64,000 bases of DNA from the NCBI GenBank assembly GCA_963785305.1, contig CAWAUV010000008.1:1152001-1216000 (forward strand), read 5' to 3'. Positions 11,873 through 21,086 of this stretch are shown piece after piece; the first letter of the stretch is position 1, and each line of letters begins with the position of its first letter. Under the pieces are notes generated by a model. It searched no databases and was not told the DNA's origin. It was given only the letters and a program-made list of their open reading frames with translations. This DNA comes from an uncultured Planctomycetaceae bacterium (GTDB lineage Bacteria; Planctomycetota; Planctomycetia; Pirellulales; PALSA-1355). The position numbers were made by a program, and so were the translations under genes.

Positions 11873-11982
11873 CGCTCGACCCGTGGATTCGTGGAAAAAA
11901 CAAAAACAGGAAACGTCCGCTCCCGACGCTCGACGAGCCGGAACGCTAAAGCCTCGCGGGCGACGTTGGGCGAGGACTTCCT

Positions 11983-12083
11983 TGTTGACCTTCGCGGCCC
12001 TGTTGACCCTTGCGGCCCTGTTGACCCTTGCGGCCCTGTTGACCCTTGCGGCCCTGTTGACCCTTGCGGCCCTGTTGACCCTT
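11983..12083. repeat. 18-bp tandem repeat TGTTGACCCTTGCGGCCC, 5 full copies plus a partial, between accB and accC
   Basis: Units start at 11983 (variant TGTTGACCTTCGCGGCCC), 12001, 12019, 12037, 12055; partial at 12073. No spacers. Confidence 0.95.
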
Positions 12084-12132
12084 TTTCGGCGCGCCGCCGA
12101 TTACCGCGGGATCGGGCCGCGATTGCCGGCCC

Positions 12133-12612
12133 TTATTTTCGGGTGTCGACCTTGAACAGCGGCTGGTTGAATTCGACCGGCTCGCCATTCTCGACCAACA
12201 CAGCCACGATCTGACCCGACTTTTCAGCCGGAATCGGGTTGAAAACCTTCATTGCCTCGATCACGCACACGGTCGAAGTGGGGCCCACATGATCGCCCAC
12301 TTTGACAAAGGGCGGCGACTCGGGGTCGGGCGCGGCATAGAAAGTGCCCACCATCGGGCTGTTGATCGTCTCGATCGCCGGATCGGCCGCCGCGGCGATG
12401 GGCGCGGCGCTCGCGGGCGACTGCGCGGCCGCCGGTTCGGCCGCCCGAGGCGCGACCGTGGTCACGACCGGCTCGCCGCCTTTGCGAATGCGAATCCGAT
12501 GCGACCTCTGGCGCAGGTCCAATTCGGTGAGCTCGTGATGGTTCATCAATTCGACGAGTCGCGTCAAACGATCGACGTCGAAGATGTCCAAATCATCTGG
12601 TTCGCCGCCCAT
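12133..12612 (-). CDS. accB: Biotin carboxyl carrier protein
   Basis: SPMVGTFY, FVKVGD, biotinylation motif EAMKV, Ala/Pro linker; GGAGGG RBS upstream of the ATG at 12612. Confidence 0.95.
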   Translation of the reverse strand: MGGEPDDLDIFDVDRLTRLVELMNHHELTELDLRQRSHRIRIRKGGEPVVTTVAPRAAEPAAAQSPASAAPIAAAADPAIETINSPMVGTFYAAPDPESPPFVKVGDHVGPTSTVCVIEAMKVFNPIPAEKSGQIVAVLVENGEPVEFNQPLFKVDTRK

Positions 12613-12854
12613 GCGCACCCTCCCGCTTCGCGATCCCGCGATCGCCCCCGCGGGCGATTATCGCATCACAAACCTATATAGGAACAAAGTTTCGGCGGAT
12701 TGTAACGGCGCTAATTTCGCCCGTCAAGCGGGTCCCCCGGCGATAAGGCCCGCCAAACCGGCCGACCAGTCGCCACCGAAACCGAATTCGAGAGCGCTAG
12801 GCCCCCCGCCGCCGGCCCGTTACGATGAAAAACACCGACCCCAGGAGCCACCAA

Positions 12855-13713
12855 ATGCAGACAGATGTTCGTCATTCACCGGCCCAGCGACCGCCCATGA
12901 ACGAAACCCCAACCTCGGGCGCCCGCCACGAACCGCCGCCGCCGCCGGCCATGACCGCCGATCTGGGCGATGCGCGGCTCGATCTCGACCGCCAGCGCCG
13001 CTGCGGCTTTCCCGAAGTGATTTTCGGCCAGGGCAAGTCGATCGCCACACTGGTCAAATCGTTCGAAGCGTTCGCCGCGCGCGGCATCGATGCCCTGGCC
13101 ACGCGAATCGACAACGACCAAGCCGCCACGATTGTCGCCCGCTTTCCAACGGCTGTCTACAACCCCGTGGCCCGCACTTTGAGACTCGAGCCGGCGCCGA
13201 CCGCGGCCGACTCAGGCCAAGGGCCCGCGAAACGGCATGTGGGCTATGTGCCGGTCGTCACGGCCGGGTCGACCGATCTGCCGGTCGCCGAGGAGGCGCG
13301 CGAAACGCTCGAATGGATGGGCGTCGCAAGTCGGCTGGTGTGCGATGTGGGCGTGGCCGGGCCGCACCGCTTGGGCGAAAGCCTGCCGCAGCTTGCCGGC
13401 GCCGACGCGGTGGTGGTGATCGCCGGCATGGAGGGCGCCTTGCCCAGCGTGGTGGGCGGCTATGTGCCTTGCCCCGTGATCGGAGTGCCGACCAGTGTCG
13501 GCTACGGCGCCAATTTCCAGGGTCTATCGGCCCTGCTGAGCATGCTCAATAGCTGCGCGGCCAATGTCACCGTGGTGAATATCGACGCCGGCTTCAAAGG
13601 CGGATACGTCGCCGGCCTGATCGCCAGTCGCAACCACGCCGCCGAGCACGCCGGCGCCCACGAATTCCGAACGCGAATCCTCTCCCGCGCTTCCACAAGG
13701 AACTTCGCCATGA
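12855..13713 (+). CDS. larB: Nickel-pincer cofactor biosynthesis carboxylase LarB
   Basis: [77 protein letters not shown] before 12855. As assembled it reads in frame into nnrD; the end given assumes the TGA at 13711-13713. Confidence 0.88.
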
Positions 13714-14598
13714 TCCCCCCCAGCGCCAACCAGCACTCCGATCAATCGCCGCTGCCAAAACTCCCGCCTCGCAAGCCCGACTGCCATAAGGGCTCGTTCG
13801 GGTCCGCGCTTCTGATCGGCGGATCGCTCGGCATGGCCGGTTCGATCAGCATGTCGGGCATGGCGACGCTGCGCCGGCGCGGGACTCGCGCGGCTGCTCG
13901 TGCCCGATGTTTGCCAAACCACGGTCGCGAGTTTCGATCCGTGTTTGATGACGATGGGACTCGCCTCCGACGATCGCGGCCGCATAGGCGGCGATTGGCA
14001 AACTCGCGTGGCCGGCGAGCTCACCACCGCCACGGCCGGCGCTTGCGGCCCTGGCCTGGGGCGCTCCGCCGATCTCGACGACCTCGTGGCTTGGCTCTAT
14101 CGCGAATCGCACCTGCCGCTGGTGTTCGACGCCGACGGGCTCAATTCGCTCGCCGCGCATCCGGCGGTGCTCACCGCGCCGGGCGGACCGCGCGTGCTCA
14201 CTCCGCATCCGGGCGAGTTTGCCCGACTGATGGGCCTCGACCGCCCGCCCGCCGACAACGAGCGCGCCTCGGCTGCTCGCGCCCTGGCCAAGCGGGCCGG
14301 CGCCGTGGTGGTGCTCAAGGGTCATCGCACCGTGGTGACCGATGGCGAGGCGACATTCATCAACACGACCGGCAATCCGGGCATGGCCACCGCCGGCATG
14401 GGCGATGTGCTCACCGGAGTGGTCACGGCGCTATTGTGCCAGAAATTGCCCCCGCTCGACGCGGCGCGCCTCGGCGCCCACCTGCACGGCCTAGCCGGCG
14501 ACCTAGCAGCCGAAGAAATCGGCCCGGTCGGCCTCACCGCCCGCGACGTGATCGACCGCCTACCCCGCGCCCTGTCGACGGCAATCGCGCGCGATTAG
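13710..14598 (+). CDS. nnrD: ADP-dependent NAD(P)H-hydrate dehydratase, apparent frameshift near 13873
   Basis: [69 protein letters not shown] before ATG 13710. Confidence 0.92.
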
Positions 14599-14801
14599 CC
14601 GCGAGCGACGATGCCCGGGGCGCCGCGCCTCGTGCTTATAGTTGGGCAAACATTTCATCGAGCGCGGCGAGCGTGGCGGCTCGGCCGGCGCTTCAGGAAC
14701 TATTCGCGGTCGCTTCCTCCGCGGGGGAGGCTCGGGCATCGGACTGGACCACCACCCAAGCCGACAATCGTCGCTAACTTGAACTGCCCCCGCTTCGTTC
14801 T

Positions 14802-17800
14802 TCATTGAGGCAGACCGGAAAGCCGCTCAACCACCGCCATCGCTGACGCTAAGTTTGCTACATTATCCTGGAACAATGCTTCAATTCGCTGGAGCAGCTT
14901 CGTCCTTTCTAAGTCGCTAGCCAAAGCGATTCCCAACTTTTCCAATGCCAGCGGATCATCGGTTGTGGCCATCGGTTGGAATATCGACCTGCCAAGCGGT
15001 GATAAAATCTCACGCCCCGCTGGGGCACCCTCGCGTAACGCCTTGACGGCCCAGTCCGAATCAACTCCAAGTTCGCAGAATTCAGAAAGTTGGAGCCAGT
15101 TCACAGACGAGGCCCAGCCGTCCGCCTCGTTCGACAGGTCAGAACACGAACGCGTCACCCACGACGCAAACGACACGATGACGCCGTTGACCCAATCGAC
15201 GAAAGCGTCGAATTCTTCGTCCCAGGTTGCCGGCTCATCTAAGCCAGCAAGCCAGTCGGTAACGGCCACTTTGCTCTTGGACTTTCTTACACTTGGCAAG
15301 TTGGTGAACAACTTCAGAAGAGGGCCACCTTTGAACCACCCGTCAACGACCGCTGCCGCGTCCGCCTTCTTGACTCGACAAGTCTTGCCGGGCTTTTGGA
15401 CTTCTTTTCGCCAATGTCGATTCGGTTGCTCAGGGAGCCGCCCAAGTTCGACCAGCATCTTTCCAACCGCCTCTGACCGTTCATTTGATGGAGCGTCGCA
15501 GGCAAAGAACCGCATTATTGCGCGACAGCTCGTCGGCGAAAGGCCGCTGGTCACAGCCGCCGTCCCGAAGGTCGTCAGTTTGAATGGGCTGGCAGCTACA
15601 GCCAGAGAACGCTCGGAATTATCGAGAATTGATTTGGCGACATCTCTTAAGAGTTTCTGTGCCTTCGATTCCGAAACATTACCAGTATTCCAGTAAAGGG
15701 CGTCCGAGAAGGCCTGGACGAGGTCATTCTCTTCGGGATTCTCAGGAATAGCCGCAAGAAACTGCGATGCGATGGTGTCGGAGAGATCGTCCGCGAAATC
15801 TGTGCCCGCTTTGGCCGACTCGAAGACACTCTCTATCTCCAGTTTAACGTCGTCGACGAACAGGCGTTTGATTAGATCGCCCCGGTTTGGATCGAAAGTA
15901 AACCCCGCATCGCCAACGGGATTGTCAAAGATAACCGTATCGCCCTCCGTTTGCCGCCCCGCACGACCGCATCGTCCCGCAATGTTGCGGAACAGTAGCG
16001 GCGACATTGGACCAGACTTGTTCCCTTGCCAGGAAAGCCAGTCAACGATGACGGTGGTCCGAAACGGCAGATCAACGCCCTCGGCAAGAGTGGTCGTCGC
16101 CGTTACGGTGCGAAGCTCTCTGTTGTTAGCCGCCTCCTCAATGCCGATCCGTACTTCGTGTGGAAGGGATGCGTTGTGGTAGGCAACTCCGCGACGACAG
16201 CAGAACGCGAGCAAATGAAGATGGGGGTAAGACTGCGTTATAATATCGACCGTCTTTTGCAACTGCGGAGGCAAAGGTTGAAGTGGCTGGAAACGCATAG
16301 CGAGCCTCCACGCCAACTGTCGGGTTGTATGCTTCGACATACAGACGCAGAGGCACACATCCCGAAACTCTGTCCAAAGGTACTCCGCCAGGACTGCAAC
16401 GTTTTCAATTGCCTTCGGTTCTTGGGTTCGGATCGAACCAAAATGCTTCGCAGCATAGAAGTTAACATTTGGCCAGGGAACCAGCTTGGCCCCGATTACG
16501 TCGGTATTGCGCGAGCCAGCATTGCGAACCAACTCTGGTCCACGAAACCAGCGGATGTAGCCGTCGCGATCCCAGATTGCAAGGCGACGGGCAGTTGGGC
16601 GCCATTCGTCCTTTACTACGCAATCATCGGGAATATCGAGCCAATGCTGTAAGCGGGAATAGGAGTTCGTCACTGCCGACAGAAGGATGATGCGGAAATT
16701 GCAGTCACGCTTCTGGGACATCCTCAGTCTGGCAAGAATCCCTTCAAGACGAATGCCGCGTATGCCACTTCCTATCAGATGCGCTTCATCAACGACGATG
16801 CATCGAAGATGTGAAAGCAACGCGCGAGATTTACGGATAATGGCATCAAATCGTTCGGGGGTCGCAACGACCAGTTCTCGCCTGATTTGCGGATCAAGTG
16901 AATCTTCTGCACGAAATCCGCCGATCAGCATGTGAACGCGAACTGCATCAGGACACCTTCGTCGGACTCCTTCGGCTACTTGCCGTCCGAGAGCAACGTA
17001 AGGTGCAAGATACACAGCCAGTCCGGGGCCGTTATCCAGTGACCGGAGCAGGCATAATTCGCCAAGAAGCGTCTTTCCGGCACTGGTGTGTAGAGCAACC
17101 AAGCTGTTTTCAGTCGATTGCGGTAGGCGGCGGTTGCGGATCGCATTGAACTGAGGCGGCAGCAGGACCCTGACGCCCGCCGTAAACAGCCGCTTTGAGT
17201 AGCTCGCTCCCAGATTGGGAAAGATCGGAGTAATTACGGAAATAGCCGACAATTGAATTACGTGCCTGACAACGATGCGAGCGGACCGAAGCATCGCACT
17301 TTCAAATGAGTCGGCATCGGCAAGACAGCCCATTAGCAGCTTCTCTAAGTCAGCAGCGTGCTCGGAACTGCCGGTACGCAAGAACCGCACAAGACCACCC
17401 AAGTATGCGGTCGCAGCTTGCGACTTGCCGACTATCTTCTGAAAGTCGTGCGCGAGCTGCGGTGTACAGGTCGCAATGATGGCTGCGGTTACGGGACTGA
17501 TCTCCTCGGGCCTGCTCAAGCGTGCGTTCAGTGCCGACGAAGAGAGAAAGTTTCCCCACATCCCAAATGCGAGAATTGCCAGTACCGCCCAATCCTGGCG
17601 TTCAGCCTCCGGCAATTCGCTCTCGGGCAACGAAACGGAGTCCAGGATGCGCGATGCAGCAATTAGGGAAGCAGACGTTTCAACGTCGTACAATTGCGTG
17701 GTCTGGTCTTTTCGGAGCTCCTGAAAGTATCCCATGACGAGCTGCGCATGAGCTACAAGGTCCGACCAGGAACGCGGATTACTCCTCAATCCGCGAACGA

Positions 17801-17858
17801 GAGCGAAGGCACAATTCTCCGCGGAAGGAAGGTCCAGACCGGAAGGCAACATGCTCAT
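14802..17858 (-). CDS. Ski2-like SF2 DEAH-box helicase, 1018 aa; HamB-like (Hachiman-type defence)
   Basis: About 230-aa helical N-terminus, then TSAGKT, APYVAL, ATPERFD, DEAH, LSAV, HNASL, TTTLAEGVDLP, NIAGRCGR. Visibly lower GC than flanks; ATGA overlap with the upstream nuclease gene. Confidence 0.85.
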   Translation of the reverse strand: MSMLPSGLDLPSAENCAFALVRGLRSNPRSWSDLVAHAQLVMGYFQELRKDQTTQLYDVETSASLIAASRILDSVSLPESELPEAERQDWAVLAILAFGMWGNFLSSSALNARLSRPEEISPVTAAIIATCTPQLAHDFQKIVGKSQAATAYLGGLVRFLRTGSSEHAADLEKLLMGCLADADSFESAMLRSARIVVRHVIQLSAISVITPIFPNLGASYSKRLFTAGVRVLLPPQFNAIRNRRLPQSTENSLVALHTSAGKTLLGELCLLRSLDNGPGLAVYLAPYVALGRQVAEGVRRRCPDAVRVHMLIGGFRAEDSLDPQIRRELVVATPERFDAIIRKSRALLSHLRCIVVDEAHLIGSGIRGIRLEGILARLRMSQKRDCNFRIILLSAVTNSYSRLQHWLDIPDDCVVKDEWRPTARRLAIWDRDGYIRWFRGPELVRNAGSRNTDVIGAKLVPWPNVNFYAAKHFGSIRTQEPKAIENVAVLAEYLWTEFRDVCLCVCMSKHTTRQLAWRLAMRFQPLQPLPPQLQKTVDIITQSYPHLHLLAFCCRRGVAYHNASLPHEVRIGIEEAANNRELRTVTATTTLAEGVDLPFRTTVIVDWLSWQGNKSGPMSPLLFRNIAGRCGRAGRQTEGDTVIFDNPVGDAGFTFDPNRGDLIKRLFVDDVKLEIESVFESAKAGTDFADDLSDTIASQFLAAIPENPEENDLVQAFSDALYWNTGNVSESKAQKLLRDVAKSILDNSERSLAVAASPFKLTTFGTAAVTSGLSPTSCRAIMRFFACDAPSNERSEAVGKMLVELGRLPEQPNRHWRKEVQKPGKTCRVKKADAAAVVDGWFKGGPLLKLFTNLPSVRKSKSKVAVTDWLAGLDEPATWDEEFDAFVDWVNGVIVSFASWVTRSCSDLSNEADGWASSVNWLQLSEFCELGVDSDWAVKALREGAPAGREILSPLGRSIFQPMATTDDPLALEKLGIALASDLERTKLLQRIEALFQDNVANLASAMAVVERLSGLPQ

Positions 17859-18199
17859 GGCTTCCCACTTGCCAGCCGCACAAGCCGATGATCAAGGGAA
17901 GACAAGCCAACCGCCCACGGTTCGACATCGGCCCAGTTGTTGCCCGTCAGCGATTCGCGGACCAGCAGCATTGTGTCGACGATACCAGCGGCCGTTGTGT
18001 CATGCACGACGGTCGGAAGCAGCCTTATACGATCGCATGCGACCGGAGATACTCCAATTAGCTGATTTGCTCGCTGAATAATATGAGCAGGCCTGTTCTG
18101 TTCATACTCAAGACGGTTCTTGAAATCCTGAATTCGAGTGTGCAAAGTGAGCCGCGCGTTTGTTCCAAAGAGTTTGCTGTAATCGTCGATCAGTTTCTT

Positions 18200-19643
18200 G
18201 GCTCTTCCGTTTCCGAGTGTTTTGCTTGGGGATTCGGGATGGTTTTCTGGCGTTCGGGGGTTGGTCGGGTAGAATGGCGTGGAGGAGGCCGGGCGAGTCT
18301 CGATTTTACCTGAATGGAGTGGAGCCATGAATAGCGTCGCCGTCGAGATTGAAATGGATTTTCCGGACGGGGTGGCCGTCCGCGGCTACGAGCGTCATCA
18401 AGGCGCTCATGTGTTCGAGGTGGCCTTCGAGCTGCCCGAGCGCTGCGTGTGCCCAAAATGCCGGCACGAGGCGGCGGCGCAGCTTCGCGAGAAAGATGAA
18501 GTGCTCGCCATCCGCGACCTGGACCTGATGCGCGAGCCGACATTCTGGACCTATCGGCCGTTCTTGCATCAATGTCCCAAGTGCCGGCAGCGGACGCAGG
18601 TCGGGACGCCGTTCAAGCGTCCGCGCGTGACTTACACCTATCGTTTCGAGCAGTTCGTGTTCGAGCAACTGGTGGGCACGAGCGTCGAGGAGGTGGCGCG
18701 GCGCCTGGGCATCTCCGCCGAGACGGTCGAACGCATCCTGGAGTGGCGCCTGACGAGCGAGCGCGCCATTTCGCCCGAGCGCGTGATCACCAGCGTGGGT
18801 CTCGACGAATTGAGTCTCAAGAAACGACACAAGTTGTACGCCACGGTGCTCAGCGATCTATCCGATCCGAAGCATCCGCGAATTCTGGCGGTGGCCAAGG
18901 GTCGAGACCGCGAGGCGACCGAGGCCTGCCTGGCCAAGCTTTCGCCGGAGCAACGGGCCCAAGTCGTCTCGCATCGCACGGACATGAGCGCCGTGTATCC
19001 GGAAGTCTGCAAAAGCTGGCTGCCGAACAGCCAGTTGGTGGTCGATCGTTTTCATGTCGCGAAGAAGCTGGGCGAGATCGTGGACCGCGTGAGAAAAAAA
19101 CACGCCATTTTAAGCTAGCACTCTCGCGGGCCGAGCGCAAGAAATTCCGTAGCCGCATGTGGCTCTACCGCGTCCGCCGCGAGGACTTGACCCCGGAGCA
19201 ACAAACCGAGTTGGACGACCTGCTGACCACGATTCCGGAACTGCAACAGGCTTATCATTTCCGGGAGGAAGTGGCGGAGATCTTCGATGGGTCGCGGGAC
19301 CGCGAGGAAGCATCGCGGCGACTGGAGGAGCTGCGCGAAATGGTGTCGGGCGAGCCGGAGTTGCTCCAATGGTTCGCGCTCTACGATCGCTGGCGCGACG
19401 GCATCCTGGCGTACCTGGACCGCCGCGAGACGAGCGGCCCGGTGGAAGGCCTGAACAACAAGGCGCGGGTCATCACGCGGCGTAGTTATGGGATCAAGAA
19501 CACCGATAGTTTGTGGAAACGCTTGGTGCTGGACATCAACCACTTCCACGCCGCCACCCGCCGCCGCGTGCCCGACCTCCACGCCCTGGCCCGCGCCATC
19601 CAAGCAAGATTCCGGGCTTATTACATTTAGAAACGGAAGAGCC
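18200..19643 (+). mobile_element. Complete ISL3-family insertion sequence, 1444 bp
   Basis: IRL GGCTCTTCCGTTTC (18200-18213) and IRR GAAACGGAAGAGCC (19630-19643) are perfect 14-bp inverted repeats. 8-bp target duplication AGTTTCTT at 18192-18199 and 19644-19651. Confidence 0.95.
18327..19630 (+). CDS. ISL3 transposase, split by a -1 shift at the A7 run 19094-19100
   Basis: Zn finger CPKC..CPKC, HTH SVEEVARRLGISAETV, GLDE, TDMS, VDRFHV, SGPVEGLNNKAR..RRSYG. Confidence 0.92.
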
Positions 19644-20152
19644 AGTTTCTTCGCATATTCGATCGAATCCGCAGACGTAGTCTTTACTTCCTGAAGTATC
19701 GCCCAGTCGTCCTTGCAACTTTTGCCAAAATGAACCCAGAGCAAGTCAAGCTCTGGATTAGACTTGCCGCTGAATGGACGAAGTGCATTCGCAAAATGTC
19801 CAAGGCAGGTGCCTCCAAATCGTTCCGACCTTGCCAAGCAAAAGACAATTGTTTCTCCAAGGTTGCCTCTGAGGATGTTGTCGTTGCCTTTTACTGATGC
19901 CGGGAATGGCGTGCAATGCGCATTAAGGAATTCTAGGACATCGGCATGTGCGGCATCGCAATCGGGCTTGCCGGTCCATAGAACAACCGACGAGTCCTCG
20001 ACTGATCCAAATACTGAATCGCTCATTTTTTTAACCTCCGTCCCGCTCGCTATCAACGAACGATCTTATGCATAAATGCTCTGTCCGTCGCCGGGCGGAT
20101 GTCGTAGGGTGTCGTGGACGGGAGGCGAAAGGGCGAGAGGTCCATTATTTCA

Positions 20153-20632
20153 CTCTTCCGTTTCTGAGTGCTTTGCTTGGGGATTTGAGAACGTTCTTGG
20201 TTGGTCGGTTGGGCACACCCTCGCGGAAGAGCCCAAGCGAGTCTCGATTTTACCCGAACGGAGCGGGACCATGAATAGCGTCGCCATCGAGATTGAAATG
20301 GATTTTCCGGACGGGGTGGCCGTCCGTGGCTACGAGCGTCATCAAGGCGCGCATGTGTTCGAGGTGGCTTTCGAGCTGCCGGAGCGCTGCGTGTGCCCCA
20401 AATGCCGGCACGAGGCGGCGGCGCAGCTTCGCGAGAAAGATGAAGTACTCGCCATCCGCGACCTGGACCTGATGCGCGCCGACATTCTGGACCTATCGGC
20501 CGTTCTTGCATCAATGTCCCAAGTGCCGGCAGCGGACGCAGGTCGAGACGCCGTTCAAGCGTCCGCACGTGACTTACACCTATCGTTTCGAGCAATTCGT
20601 GCTCGAGCAACTGGTGGGCGCCGAGCGTCGAG
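20153..20632 (+). mobile_element. Truncated ISL3 relic (left end plus about 120 transposase codons)
   Basis: CTCTTCCGTTTC left end lacking terminal GG; ATG 20271 MNSVAIEIEMDFPDG nearly identical to the 18327 copy; 2-nt deletion near 20477; similarity ends about 20632. Confidence 0.9.
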
Positions 20633-20736
20633 AGGAAGCAAAGGGGACGCGAGTCGATGTTGACGTTGAGAGCTTATCGGGCCTTTTTCTCCCGACGCGC
20701 TCGAGCCGCCCGCCATCAGCGCGGCGGAGAAGAAAT

Positions 20737-20850
20737 TATCAACACAACGGACACAACGAACACGACGAAGCAAGGAAGGCGGCGGAGCGTGGGCGTGCCG
20801 CACGCGGTCGCCTTTCCGGCGTCCTGTTCTTTGCGCCCGTCGTGGTGAAA
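20737..20850. repeat. 114-bp imperfect palindrome with 9-bp periodic arms (REP/MITE-like)
   Basis: Arm 20737-20767 matches the reverse complement of 20820-20850 at 24/31 positions. Left arm contains ACACAACGG-ACACAACGA-ACACGACGA; inner stems GGAAGGCG/CGCCTTTCC and GCGTG/CACGC. Confidence 0.7.
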
Positions 20851-20861
20851 TGTTTTTCGAT

Positions 20862-21013
20862 TCTTCCGTTTCCGAGGGCTTTGCTTGGGGATTCGGGAGG
20901 GTTCTCCGGCGTTCGGGGGTCGGTCGGGCAGAACAGCGCGGAGGAGCCCGGGCAGGGCTCGATTTTACCCCAACGGAGCTGGACCATGAACCGCGTCGCC
21001 ATTCGAAGTCGAA
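20862..21013 (+). mobile_element. Third, more diverged ISL3 left-end relic
   Basis: TCTTCCGTTTCCGAG..TTTGCTTGGGGATTCGGGA..CTCGATTTTACC..CCATGAA aligns with 18203-18350 and decays a few codons after ATG 20986. Confidence 0.85.
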
Positions 21014-21086
21014 CGCAAACAATGCCGCTGGCATCGGCGTTCAAACACGCGGCGATGACGCGGAAACTTCGATTCGCGCTAATAAA

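Larger units (their letters stand above)
17855..20026 (-). pseudogene. HamA-like PD-(D/E)XK nuclease gene (239 aa when reconstructed) interrupted by ISL3
   Basis: 5' part 20026-19644 (GGAGG RBS; GNLGE..ELD..QEVK) joins 3' part 18191-17855 in frame as EYAKKL-IDDYSK after removing the IS and one target copy (720 nt). Confidence 0.85.

Noticed and set aside
11983..12083. Possible CRISPR array
   Set aside because: Units abut with no unique spacers, 18 bp is too short, and there are no cas genes.
5495..17858. tgt + methylase + helicase as a Dpd (7-deazaguanine DNA modification) or restriction-modification island
   Set aside because: Tgt has full canonical tRNA-TGT motifs and host-like composition, no dpd/que genes are visible, and housekeeping genes separate the methylase from the low-GC island.
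19115..20056. 313-aa ORF as an intact gene
   Set aside because: Chimera of the nuclease N-terminus and antisense ISL3 sequence.
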